Source: Bacilli bacterium | GTDB taxonomy: Bacteria; Bacillota_I; Bacilli_A; RFN20; CAG-288 | NCBI GenBank assembly: GCA_022647725.1 | Contig: JALCLG010000001.1 | Span: 1,790,784-1,854,783 of the forward strand | Direction: 5' to 3' | Length of the DNA stretch: 64,000 nucleotides | In this document: piece after piece, positions 32,480 to 41,393 of the stretch | How positions within the stretch are numbered: the first letter of the stretch is position 1 | Layout of the letters: each line of letters opens with the position of its first letter | The notes under the pieces: generated by a model | Seen by the model: the letters and a program-made list of their open reading frames with translations, nothing else | Database searches by the model: none | Told to the model about the DNA's origin: nothing | Made by a program: the position numbers and the translations under genes

Positions 32480-32481
32480 AA

Positions 32482-32508
32482 GTCTCTTTTCTGTCTCTTG
32501 TTTGTCTC
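32482..32508 (+). repeat. Three GTCTC direct repeats with exact 11-bp phasing
   Basis: GTCTC at 32482, 32493 and 32504 (units GTCTCTTTTCT / GTCTCTTGTTT / GTCTCATTAGC), just after the recJ stop. Confidence 0.6.
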
Positions 32509-32573
32509 ATTAGCAACTTTTTCGACCCAGTGTTTTTGTCTTGCGCTATGCTAAAGAAAAAGGAAGAAAACCT

Positions 32574-32996
32574 ATGGCAAGTGCAACAAAAAGCGCGGGA
32601 CGGTTCTGGGAAACAGGCGAGGATCCTTTCCGTCGGCATCTGATGGCAATCGGGCTCTTGCAGCCCTATCTCCGCAACCACTGCCTCTCGGCCTACCGGG
32701 TGACCAACGTTCCTCTGCTTTTGGAAGGCTATGTTTTGGAGGACAAGGATTCCCCAAAGGAACCTGAAGCAAAGATCTACCGGGCCTTAGTCTATTATCA
32801 GGACGACGAAAGCATAAGACTGCTCATCAAACCCGACTTTTTCGTGACGCCGGAAGCCGCCGAAAAGAGCTTGCCGGGACTCCTGGATGCTTTCCCGCTC
32901 ATCGGTTTTCGGCCGGAATGCGTCAAGCAGGCTCGGCCGCATTGGAAAAAAGCATCGAAGAAGGCTTTAAAAACGCGGACAAATAAACTAAAATAA
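32574..32996 (+). CDS. Hypothetical protein (140 aa, basic C-terminus)
   Basis: ORF with SD 'AAGGAAG' before ATG 32574. No motif recognised. Confidence 0.45.
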   Translation: MASATKSAGRFWETGEDPFRRHLMAIGLLQPYLRNHCLSAYRVTNVPLLLEGYVLEDKDSPKEPEAKIYRALVYYQDDESIRLLIKPDFFVTPEAAEKSLPGLLDAFPLIGFRPECVKQARPHWKKASKKALKTRTNKLK

Positions 32997-33020
32997 ACAC
33001 AAGCCGAAAGGTGGCTTTCT

Positions 33021-33941
33021 GTGATCAACCTTTTCAAAAACGAAACATTGGATGCCTCGGCTCCGGCCAGCTATTTCATCATTGACCAGGCCCTGGACCA
33101 GCATAACCGTTCTTATCGGAAGAAAAAGATTATCTTCGCTTCCACATTGGTAGCCGTGCTTTTGGCTACCTTTTTCTATTTCATTCTTCCGGTTTTTCAG
33201 CTCTCGTCCCTGAGCCTGACAGGCTTAGTCAATCTGACGTCTTCCGATTACCTGACCTTGTTAGGCTATACCCCGCATCAGTCCTTATTGGTTTATGATG
33301 CCTCCGCGATTGACCAAGGCAAGGCCAAGAAAGTCTCCCAGGGCCTGATCCTTTCCTCGTCCTCGAAGGCCAGTCCTTTCCAGGCCTCGGCGGTCTTAGT
33401 CGAGGATTATCCTTTCTGCCGTTACGGCAGTGAAGTCTACGGACTCAGCGGCAAGAATGCCACGGACCTGGCTGCGGAAGTCAGTGCCCTGCCTTTAAGT
33501 TCCGAACGCGTCCAGGCCTTGGCCTCGGCCGTGACCAAGGAAGCCAACTCCCAAGACCTGATTCAGCTCCATTTCCAGACCGCTCAGACCGCCTTGGAGA
33601 CGACCTGGCTTTCCCAGACCTTGACCCCTTATCAGGGTTTAGCGGTCTCGGTGACCTCCTATCTCCGGGACATTCAGTTTGCCGCCGATCCTTCCGGCAG
33701 CAATAAATTGACGGATGTTGTCGCCTTCGATCAAACGAATGGGCTATACTATATTTTTGGGAACGTGAACACCAGCGATGTCCCCAAACTCTTCGACCAG
33801 AACTATTTTCTCGAAACGGTCCTGCTTTCCTGCCGCCGTTCCATTGCAGAGAAAAAGACTGAGAAGGTCACCTACACCTATGCGGATGATAAGACCTCTC
33901 TTAGCGAGTGCTACCGCTTCGATGCCAGCCTCTTCCGCTGA
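33021..33941 (+). CDS. divIB: DivIB/FtsQ-like cell-division protein (GTG start)
   Basis: Cytoplasmic N-terminus, a single TM ('IIFASTLVAVLLATFFYFILPVF'), and a POTRA-like 'LSSLSLTGLVNLTSSDYLTLLGY'. Lies immediately upstream of ftsA-ftsZ. SD 'AAAGGTGG'. Confidence 0.55.
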   Translation: MINLFKNETLDASAPASYFIIDQALDQHNRSYRKKKIIFASTLVAVLLATFFYFILPVFQLSSLSLTGLVNLTSSDYLTLLGYTPHQSLLVYDASAIDQGKAKKVSQGLILSSSSKASPFQASAVLVEDYPFCRYGSEVYGLSGKNATDLAAEVSALPLSSERVQALASAVTKEANSQDLIQLHFQTAQTALETTWLSQTLTPYQGLAVSVTSYLRDIQFAADPSGSNKLTDVVAFDQTNGLYYIFGNVNTSDVPKLFDQNYFLETVLLSCRRSIAEKKTEKVTYTYADDKTSLSECYRFDASLFR

Positions 33942-33968
33942 TGACGGGACAGGCAAAAAGGAGACTCT

Positions 33969-35147
33969 ATGAATAATTTCATGACGGTAATCGATTTTTC
34001 CGCCAACGACCTCCGGGTCGTGACCGGCTATTATTACAAAGGCAATGTCTATGTCCTGCAGGCCTTGCAGGGCGATACCCTGCCCCGCGACAAAGACGGT
34101 TTCCTCGAAAAGGAAGCCACCGAGACCTCGCTCCGGCTGCTTTTGGATACGGTCAAGGCGTCTTTGAAGAATGATGCGCAGCATAACCCATCCCTGGGTG
34201 CTTTTATCGTTCTGCTGGCTCCGGTCGGCTTCGTCCTCCGTTCCGGCATCGGCCGGACGGAAACCGTCGACCAGCATAGCCGGATTGCCCAGATCGATTT
34301 TGCCAACGGCGCCAACATGATCCACAAGCAGGTCAAAGAGGACGGCAAGAAGATTCTCTTCGACGAGCCCTCTCTTTTCATTGACGACAGCCGCAAGAAC
34401 TATGAGACCTTCCCCTTAGGATCCTTATCGGACCAGCTGGAGATCCATGCGGACTGCCAGATGATCGACGAAGCCTATTTCGATCATTATGAAACGATTC
34501 TCAAGGACCTGAAGCTGGATCCTTATCTCACACTCTTAGCCCCCTTTGCTGCCACCAGTTTCTTCAACCATCTCGGCACCCCGGATGCCTATCTGGCCTT
34601 GGATCTGGAAAAGAATACGTCCTTGCTCTCCTTCGTCCAGGATCACCGGCTGGCGGATAGCCGGGTTGTCCCCTTCGGCCTCAGCCAGGGAACCCAGCTG
34701 GCCAGCACCAGCCTAGGCATCGACCTGAGCCATGTGGAAGAGCTGATCCGTCTGTTCGGTCTCCGCGAGGATTCCGGCTTTGGTTTCCGCACCGATGACA
34801 GAAAGACGCTTCAGGAGACCTCTCAGGCCCTGAAGAACGGGTTTGCCCCGCTCGTTTCGGCCATCAAGGATTTCCTCGTTCAGCACCCGTTAAGCCCGGA
34901 GTCGCCCTTGATTCTTTATGGGCTGGGCTCGGATATCGAAGATCTGGATACCTACTTTGCCTTGGCCTTAGGCCGGCCGGCGCAAGTCTTCGCCTCCCAT
35001 GTGATCGGCGCCCGCAGCAAAGTCTTTGCCAATGCCCTGGGAGCGCTCTTTGCCCCCAGCCTCAACTATCTGCCGAAGATTCCCGATCCCGGCGAAAAAG
35101 CCAATGATCCGCTGGCCGAGAGTGATGTGCTGAGCCGGATGAAATAA
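33969..35147 (+). CDS. ftsA: Divergent FtsA-like protein
   Basis: Position between divIB-like and ftsZ, with matching size. Actin-fold landmarks align by eye to FtsA but are degenerate ('VIDFSAND', 'LALDLEKNTS', 'LYGLGSD'). Confidence 0.6.
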   Translation: MNNFMTVIDFSANDLRVVTGYYYKGNVYVLQALQGDTLPRDKDGFLEKEATETSLRLLLDTVKASLKNDAQHNPSLGAFIVLLAPVGFVLRSGIGRTETVDQHSRIAQIDFANGANMIHKQVKEDGKKILFDEPSLFIDDSRKNYETFPLGSLSDQLEIHADCQMIDEAYFDHYETILKDLKLDPYLTLLAPFAATSFFNHLGTPDAYLALDLEKNTSLLSFVQDHRLADSRVVPFGLSQGTQLASTSLGIDLSHVEELIRLFGLREDSGFGFRTDDRKTLQETSQALKNGFAPLVSAIKDFLVQHPLSPESPLILYGLGSDIEDLDTYFALALGRPAQVFASHVIGARSKVFANALGALFAPSLNYLPKIPDPGEKANDPLAESDVLSRMK

Positions 35148-35161
35148 CGAGGTAACAAGCT

Positions 35162-36400
35162 ATGGATGAAACAGAGGAAAAGCCGGTTTTCAGCGAAGAC
35201 AACCTGACCGCCAATGCCAAGATCAAAGTAATCGGCGTCGGCGGCGGCGGTTCCAACGCCGTCAACCAGATGATACAGAACAAGAGCGATGATGTCGAGT
35301 ACTGGGTCGTTAACACCGATTGCCAGGCCCTGGCCAATTCGCCCTGCGAGAACAAATACGTCCTGGGTAAGAACGTCACGAGAGGCTTAGGCGCCGGCGG
35401 CAATCCCGAAATGGGCAAGAAAGCCGCGACCGACTCCTACAAGGATCTCGAACTCCTGGTCAAAGGAGCGGATTTGGTGTTCATTGCTGCCGGCGAAGGC
35501 GGCGGAACCGGCACCGGTGCCGCTCCGGTCATCGCCAAAGCGGCCAAAGAGGCCGGCTGTCTGGTCTTAGCCATCGTCACCCGTCCGTTCAACTTCGAAG
35601 GCAAAGGCCGGAGGCTCAATGCCCTGGAAGGCATCAATGAGCTGAAGAAGTATGTCGATTCTCTGATCGTCGTCAGCAACGATAAGCTCGTTTTCAATAA
35701 CGGGTCGATGTCCCTCAAGAGTGCCTTTGCGGCCAGCGATGCCGTCTTGGCCCAGTCGGTCAAGACCATCACCGATCTGATTCTCGTCCACGGCCTCATC
35801 AACCTGGATTTCGCGGATGTGAAAGCCACCTTGGAAGGCCGGGGCATCTCGCTCATCGGCATCGGCTACGGCGAAGGCCAGGATATGGCCATCAAAGCCG
35901 CCCAGGCCGCGATCAACTCGCCGCTTCTGGAAGCCTCCATCAAAGGCGCCCGACGGATGATCATCAATGTCACCATCGGCGAAGATACGACGCTCGACGA
36001 TATTCAGTATGCCATCAATTACATCACCGAAGCCGCCAACGGCTCGGAGAACGATGTCAACATCATCTTCGGCGTGCAGATCGACAACTCCTACCATAAC
36101 CGGGTGAAGATTGCCATCATTGCCACCGATTTTGCCAAGGAGATCGACTTCTCCAAGGATGCGACCCCGATCAGCCGCAGCCCGGGCACGCCGGCCCCGG
36201 TCGTCGAATCGCCGCTGCCGCCTGTCACTCAGGTCGAAAAGGAAATCCAGGAAAGCAAGAGCTCTTCGCCGCTACCGGAATACCTGAAAGAGATGCTGAA
36301 GGATTCTAAGCCTGCGACTACCTCAGCTCCGGCTGCAGAAAAAGTCGAAGCGCCGGCCGAGCCAACTAAAGTCGAGCCGGTGAAAGTGCCGACCAAATAG
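35162..36400 (+). CDS. ftsZ: Cell division protein FtsZ
   Basis: 'GVGGGGSNAVNQM' and 'GGGTGTGAAPVIA' tubulin signature. C-terminal 'LPEYLKEM' peptide followed by a 34-aa tail. Confidence 0.97.
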   Translation: MDETEEKPVFSEDNLTANAKIKVIGVGGGGSNAVNQMIQNKSDDVEYWVVNTDCQALANSPCENKYVLGKNVTRGLGAGGNPEMGKKAATDSYKDLELLVKGADLVFIAAGEGGGTGTGAAPVIAKAAKEAGCLVLAIVTRPFNFEGKGRRLNALEGINELKKYVDSLIVVSNDKLVFNNGSMSLKSAFAASDAVLAQSVKTITDLILVHGLINLDFADVKATLEGRGISLIGIGYGEGQDMAIKAAQAAINSPLLEASIKGARRMIINVTIGEDTTLDDIQYAINYITEAANGSENDVNIIFGVQIDNSYHNRVKIAIIATDFAKEIDFSKDATPISRSPGTPAPVVESPLPPVTQVEKEIQESKSSSPLPEYLKEMLKDSKPATTSAPAAEKVEAPAEPTKVEPVKVPTK

Positions 36401-36412
36401 AAAGGACCGACC

Positions 36413-37459
36413 ATGAATCTCAAGGAATTCTCCCAGATTGCCCAAGACGAGGTCAGCCAAGCGAAAGCCTCGATCCAGCAGGTCGCGGATACGTCGTCGC
36501 TCAATGACTTCAAAGGCAGCTATCTCGGAAAGAAGAGCCGTCTGACTGAGCTTTATTCGGAAATGAAGAACGTTTCTCCGGAAGAGAAGAAGGCTTTTGG
36601 TCTGGCGCTGAACCAGATGAAGAGTGATCTGACAGCCCTCTTCGAGGCCAAGGAAGCCGATCTGGCCAAGGCCGCTCTGGAAAAAAAGCTTTGCGAAGGC
36701 AAAGTCGATATCACCCTGCCGGGCTATCAGGAAGAGCTGGGCAGCAAGAATCCTTTCTATGCCGTGGTCGATGACATCACCGACTTCTTCACCGGCTTAG
36801 GTTTCATCGTCGTCAGCGGTCCGGAAGTCGAAAGCGACACCAACAACTTTGAGCTGCTCAACATCCCCAAGGACCATCCAGCCCGGGATATGCAGGATAC
36901 CTTCTCCATTGACCCCAACACCGTCTTACGGTCCCAGACCTCGTCGGTCCAGGCCCGCTACATGGCCTATATGAAAGGCCAGGGTCCGGTGAAGATCATC
37001 TCGCCTGGCAAAGTCTACCGCCGCGACAATGATGCCACCCACTCCCATCAGTTCGGTCAGGTCGAAGGCCTGGTCATCTCCAAAGACACGACCTTTGCTA
37101 ACCTGATGGCCACTTTGACGCTGTTGCTTCGTCATCTCTTCGGCGAAAAGCGGGAAGTCCGCTTCCGTCCGAGCTTCTTCCCCTTCACCGAACCCTCGGT
37201 CGAAGCCGATATCTCCTGTTTCGAATGCGGCGGCAAAGGCTGCAGCCTCTGCAAGCATACCGGCTGGATCGAGATCTTAGGCGCCGGCATGGTTCACCCC
37301 AATGTCTTACGGCTCAACGGCTACGATGACAAAGTCTATCAGGGCTTTGCCTTCGGCATCGGCATCGACCGGGTCGCCATGCTGAAATACGGGATTGACG
37401 ATATCAAACGGATCTACACGGACAATGTCTCATTCCTCCGTCAGTTCCGGAAGGAGTAA
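36413..37459 (+). CDS. pheS: Phenylalanyl-tRNA synthetase alpha subunit
   Basis: Class II motifs ('HPARDMQDTF', 'FRPSFFPFTEPS', 'GFAFGIGIDR'). Confidence 0.95.
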   Translation: MNLKEFSQIAQDEVSQAKASIQQVADTSSLNDFKGSYLGKKSRLTELYSEMKNVSPEEKKAFGLALNQMKSDLTALFEAKEADLAKAALEKKLCEGKVDITLPGYQEELGSKNPFYAVVDDITDFFTGLGFIVVSGPEVESDTNNFELLNIPKDHPARDMQDTFSIDPNTVLRSQTSSVQARYMAYMKGQGPVKIISPGKVYRRDNDATHSHQFGQVEGLVISKDTTFANLMATLTLLLRHLFGEKREVRFRPSFFPFTEPSVEADISCFECGGKGCSLCKHTGWIEILGAGMVHPNVLRLNGYDDKVYQGFAFGIGIDRVAMLKYGIDDIKRIYTDNVSFLRQFRKE

Positions 37460-37462
37460 GGT

Positions 37463-39838
37463 ATGCTTTTCTCATATAAACTGTTAGCCCGACTCGTTGA
37501 TCTGACTCTGACCGACCCTAAGACGCTGCGTCTCCGTCTGACCGGCAGCGGCTTTGAAGTCGAAGGCATGGAGCCTTTGGCCCAGGCCGACCATCTGGTC
37601 ATCGGCCATATCCTCACCTGTGTCAAACATCCTAACAGCGACCATCTGCACTGCCTGGAAGTCGAGCTGGGATCCCGCTACGGGATCCAAAAGATCGTCT
37701 GCGGCGCCCCTAACGCCCGGGCAGGCCTCAATGTCATCGTGGCCTTGCCGGGAGCTGTCCTTCCGGCCATTGGCGAAACCATCGCCAAGAGCGTCATCCG
37801 CGGCCAGGAATCCAACGGCATGTGCTGCTCGTTGACCGAACTGGGTGTCAGCAAGGAGCTTTTAAGCGAAGCTCAGGCCGCCGGGATCGAAGAACTGCCG
37901 GCGGATGCTCCGATCGGCGAAGGGAATGTCTTAGGCTACCTCGGACTGGATGACTCTGTTCTGGACGTCAACGTCCTTCCCAACCGCCCGGACTGCCTGA
38001 GCTATCTTGGCCTGGCCCGGGAGATCAGCTCTCTGACCGGGTATCCGCTGATGCCGGTTCCGAGTTTCAAGGATGTCAACGTTACCCATAATCTGGCCCC
38101 GCAGAGTCTCACCAACCACTGCCCAAGGCTGGATATCCTCCGTCTATCCGATGTCGTCAGCAAGCCGGTGACGCCGCTGTGGATTCAGCGTGCCTTGCAG
38201 GCCAGTGGCCTGCGCCCGGTCTCACCGCTGGTGGATCTGGGCAATTTCAGCATGCTGCTGACCGGTCAGCCTCTGAACCTTTATGATGCCAAGAAGAACC
38301 CCAGCGGCCAGTATGTCGTTAGGGATGACCTGACCACGACGATGGAAACCTTCGACGGGAAGCCACATTCCTTGATTCCGGGCGATCTGGTTGTCACCGA
38401 TGGCCAGAAGCCTTTATGTCTGGCCGGCATCATGGCGGGCAAGGCTGCCGCGGTCGATGCCTCGACCACAGACGTCGATATCGAAGCCGCCATCTTCTAC
38501 CACGTCTCCATCCGCCATACCTCTGCTCGGCTGGGACTGTCCTCGCCGTCGAGCCAGCTGTTTGCCAAGGAACGCAACGGCCGGATGATCGATGAAGCCT
38601 GGGCTGTCACCCTCGCTTACCTTCCGGAATTCGTGAGTTCCTTCAAATTGGCCGGCTATGGCTCCTTTGTCGGAAAGCTTGAGGAAAATAAACCGCTTGC
38701 TTTCTCGCTGGATGCCTTGAATCACCGCTTAGGCGGTACCTATACGAGCGCCGATGTCGCTACCGTCTTGGAGCGCTACCGGATCACCAAACTTCCGGAT
38801 GGTACGCTTCTGGCGCCGACGGACCGGGTCGATCTGCTGGAGCAGTGCGACATCGAAGAGGAAGTCTTCCGCTTCTATGGCGCTGAGAAGCTCGTCCCCA
38901 GTCTGGAGCATTTCCCCCTCACCCAAGGCGGCGAGACGGATGCCCAGAAGAGCCGGCGCGCCTTACGCTCGCTATTGATTGACCGGGGCTTTGACGAAGT
39001 CCTTTCCTATACCCTCATCGACGAGGCGGCCGACCAGGCCATCCGCGTCTTTGATAAGACCCCGAGCTACAAGCTCGTCAACCCGATGACCAAGGACCAT
39101 GAAATCGTCCGCAGCGATCTGCTCCCGAGCCTTTTAGCCGTCATCGACAGCAATGTCGCCCATGGCAACGAGGATCTGAAGCTCTTCGAGATCAGCAATG
39201 TCGACAATCCGCATGGCTCGCACCTTTACCTGTCTTTGGCTCTCCGGGGCAATCAGACCCTGACGCAGGGCTATCAGCCCCGTCCGTTTGTCTTTGAGGA
39301 CATCAAGGGCGTCGTCGAAAGCCTGTTAAGCCGTTTAGGGCTGGCTTCGACCCGCTACCGTCTGAGCTATTCGAAGAACCCTGCCTTCCATCCGTATGCC
39401 TCCGCCGATCTGACGATCGGCCATCAGCTGGTTGGCACGTTCGGTGCCATCCATCCGACCCTGCGCAAAGATAATCTCTATCTCGGAGAACTCGATCTGG
39501 GCTATCTCCTGGCCTTGCCGGGCCTGAGGACCCGTTTCGAGGCGTTTTCCAGCGATACCAAAGTCCGCCGGGATGTCTCCTTCGAAAGCCGTGGGGATGT
39601 TTCTTACAGCAAACTTGTCCAGACCATCACTTCCGTCAAGGATACCTATCTGGAGAAAGTCGAATTCTTCGATGACTTCACCGACCCGGTGACCCAGCAG
39701 TCCTTTATCGGCGTCTCCCTCTATTTTGCCAAACCGGATGCCACCTTGAAAGGCGAAGAGATCGATGCCAGTGTGCTGAAGATCGTGACTGCCGTCAAGA
39801 CTCAGCTGGGTCTGAGTCGGAGAGGAGAAGCAAAATGA
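37463..39838 (+). CDS. pheT: Phenylalanyl-tRNA synthetase beta subunit
   Basis: 791 aa. N-terminal tRNA-binding domain ('GHILTCVKHPNSDHL'), B3/4 and B5 regions. Adjacent to pheS. Confidence 0.95.
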   Translation: MLFSYKLLARLVDLTLTDPKTLRLRLTGSGFEVEGMEPLAQADHLVIGHILTCVKHPNSDHLHCLEVELGSRYGIQKIVCGAPNARAGLNVIVALPGAVLPAIGETIAKSVIRGQESNGMCCSLTELGVSKELLSEAQAAGIEELPADAPIGEGNVLGYLGLDDSVLDVNVLPNRPDCLSYLGLAREISSLTGYPLMPVPSFKDVNVTHNLAPQSLTNHCPRLDILRLSDVVSKPVTPLWIQRALQASGLRPVSPLVDLGNFSMLLTGQPLNLYDAKKNPSGQYVVRDDLTTTMETFDGKPHSLIPGDLVVTDGQKPLCLAGIMAGKAAAVDASTTDVDIEAAIFYHVSIRHTSARLGLSSPSSQLFAKERNGRMIDEAWAVTLAYLPEFVSSFKLAGYGSFVGKLEENKPLAFSLDALNHRLGGTYTSADVATVLERYRITKLPDGTLLAPTDRVDLLEQCDIEEEVFRFYGAEKLVPSLEHFPLTQGGETDAQKSRRALRSLLIDRGFDEVLSYTLIDEAADQAIRVFDKTPSYKLVNPMTKDHEIVRSDLLPSLLAVIDSNVAHGNEDLKLFEISNVDNPHGSHLYLSLALRGNQTLTQGYQPRPFVFEDIKGVVESLLSRLGLASTRYRLSYSKNPAFHPYASADLTIGHQLVGTFGAIHPTLRKDNLYLGELDLGYLLALPGLRTRFEAFSSDTKVRRDVSFESRGDVSYSKLVQTITSVKDTYLEKVEFFDDFTDPVTQQSFIGVSLYFAKPDATLKGEEIDASVLKIVTAVKTQLGLSRRGEAK

Positions 39839-40782
39839 GCAGCTTCCAGTTCGTTGAAAACAGTGCCGCCATCGTCGAGGAGAAGGACTTCTTCGATAAG
39901 ATTGCCTTAGTCGCCCACAACTGCTATCAGGTACCGGCCAAGACCCATCAGGAGAACATCGCTTTCATCCAGCGCATTGTCCAAGGCGGCCATCTTGCCA
40001 TGGTGGAGCATTACCGCTTCCTCTTCCGCGTCACGGCGCAGATGTATGCTTTGGCGGTTGCCTTCTGCAATCCGTTTGTCGTGCCGCTGGCCGACGGCAA
40101 GGACTTCTATGTCTCCTTAAGCGCCCGCCCCTTGATTGAAAACCGTCAGGATCCGCATATGGCCTATTTCTGCTCCGTGCTGATCCAGTCGCTGCCCACG
40201 GACGTCAAGATGAACCTCTTCACCCACATCGAACGTGGGGATGAGCATATGGCCCTGGTCGATCCGGATGCCATCCGTGATCTTTTAGGGGAACGCATCT
40301 ACAACAAGGCCCGCTACGTCACCTACCATCTCATCACCGACCGTGGGGTGACCCATGAGATCGTCCGTCACCGGCTTTGCTCCTTTGCCCAGGAAAGCAC
40401 CCGCTACTGCAACTACACCAAGGACAAGTTCGGCAATACCCTGACTTTCATGAAGCCGCTTCGGTATGACGATTTCAAGGACGTCTACGACAGCTACTAT
40501 CAGAAGACGGCCGATACCTACTTCGATCTGATTGCCAAAGGCGAAAAGCCGGATGAAGCCCGGGCCGTCCTCCCCAATTCCTTGAAGGCCAGCATCATGG
40601 TGACCGCCAACATCGAGGAATGGAAGCATATCTTCGAGCTTCGCATCAGCGATGCCGCCCATCCGGACATCCGCAGGCTGATGAACCTGGTCCGGGACGA
40701 CATGATCCAGAAGGGATTCCTCCTTCCGGAACCGGCTGCTCCGATAGCGGAACCCGCTGCTACGGAAGAGAAGAAAGCCTAA
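39835..40782 (+). CDS. thyX: Flavin-dependent thymidylate synthase ThyX
   Basis: Exact ThyX signature RHRxxSxxxxSxRY in 'VRHRLCSFAQESTRYCNY'. 4-nt overlap with pheT. Confidence 0.85.
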   Translation: MSSFQFVENSAAIVEEKDFFDKIALVAHNCYQVPAKTHQENIAFIQRIVQGGHLAMVEHYRFLFRVTAQMYALAVAFCNPFVVPLADGKDFYVSLSARPLIENRQDPHMAYFCSVLIQSLPTDVKMNLFTHIERGDEHMALVDPDAIRDLLGERIYNKARYVTYHLITDRGVTHEIVRHRLCSFAQESTRYCNYTKDKFGNTLTFMKPLRYDDFKDVYDSYYQKTADTYFDLIAKGEKPDEARAVLPNSLKASIMVTANIEEWKHIFELRISDAAHPDIRRLMNLVRDDMIQKGFLLPEPAAPIAEPAATEEKKA

Positions 40783-40791
40783 GTGCAAAGA

Positions 40792-40820
40792 AAACCTGAC
40801 CTTCCGGGGTCAGGTTTTTT
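40792..40820 (+). terminator. Intrinsic terminator after thyX
   Basis: Stem AACCTGACC/GGTCAGGTT followed by T6. Confidence 0.8.
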
Positions 40821-40865
40821 GGTGTGAAAAAAGCCACAGACGGCTCGGCCGTGGCTTCTCTTTCG

Positions 40866-40944
40866 GTGGGAAAAAGAAGAAAAAGTTGCAAAAGATATTG
40901 CATTCCGTGGGAGGGTATGACTATAATTGTGGTACGAAGTGGGA
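40866..40944 (+). promoter_or_regulatory. mraZ promoter (TTGCAT-N18-TATAAT) with four GTGG(G/T)A direct repeats (candidate MraZ boxes)
   Basis: GTGGGA at 40866, 40907 and 40939; GTGGTA at 40929. -35 at 40898-40903 and -10 at 40922-40927. Repeat spacings are 41, 22 and 10 bp. Confidence 0.5.
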
Positions 40945-40955
40945 GAAATAGGGTC

Positions 40956-41393
40956 ATGTTAATCGGTCAGAAGGAGCTCATCATCGACGACAAAGGAAGG
41001 CTGGTCCTTCCGTCCCTCTACCGGGATGACTTTAAAGGCGGACTCAGCTATTGCGGCCTCGGGCTGGATGGCTGCCTGGTCCTTTATCCCACCGAAACGT
41101 ATCAGAAAGAAGCCAATAAATACATGAGTCTCGACGATTTCGACAGTCAGGCCCGCAGCGTGAAACGCACCTTCCTCAGCAACACCTTCGAGGTTCCCAT
41201 CGACTCCCATAACCGCATCCTGGTGCCCAAACCGCTTCTGGAAAAGACCAAGACCGGCCGGAAAGTCACGGCCGTCGGCATCGGCGACCATCTGGAAATC
41301 TGGGACAGCGCTGTCTTCAACAGCATGAGTGCCAGCAAGGAAGAATCCTATTCTGCCGATGCGGCCAAGCTGATCGGGACGAAGAAAGCATGA
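40956..41393 (+). CDS. mraZ: Transcriptional regulator MraZ
   Basis: 'MLIGQKELIIDDKGRLVLPSLYR' plus a second 'DSHNRILVPKPL' half-domain. Start moved to ATG 40956. Confidence 0.9.
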   Translation: MLIGQKELIIDDKGRLVLPSLYRDDFKGGLSYCGLGLDGCLVLYPTETYQKEANKYMSLDDFDSQARSVKRTFLSNTFEVPIDSHNRILVPKPLLEKTKTGRKVTAVGIGDHLEIWDSAVFNSMSASKEESYSADAAKLIGTKKA

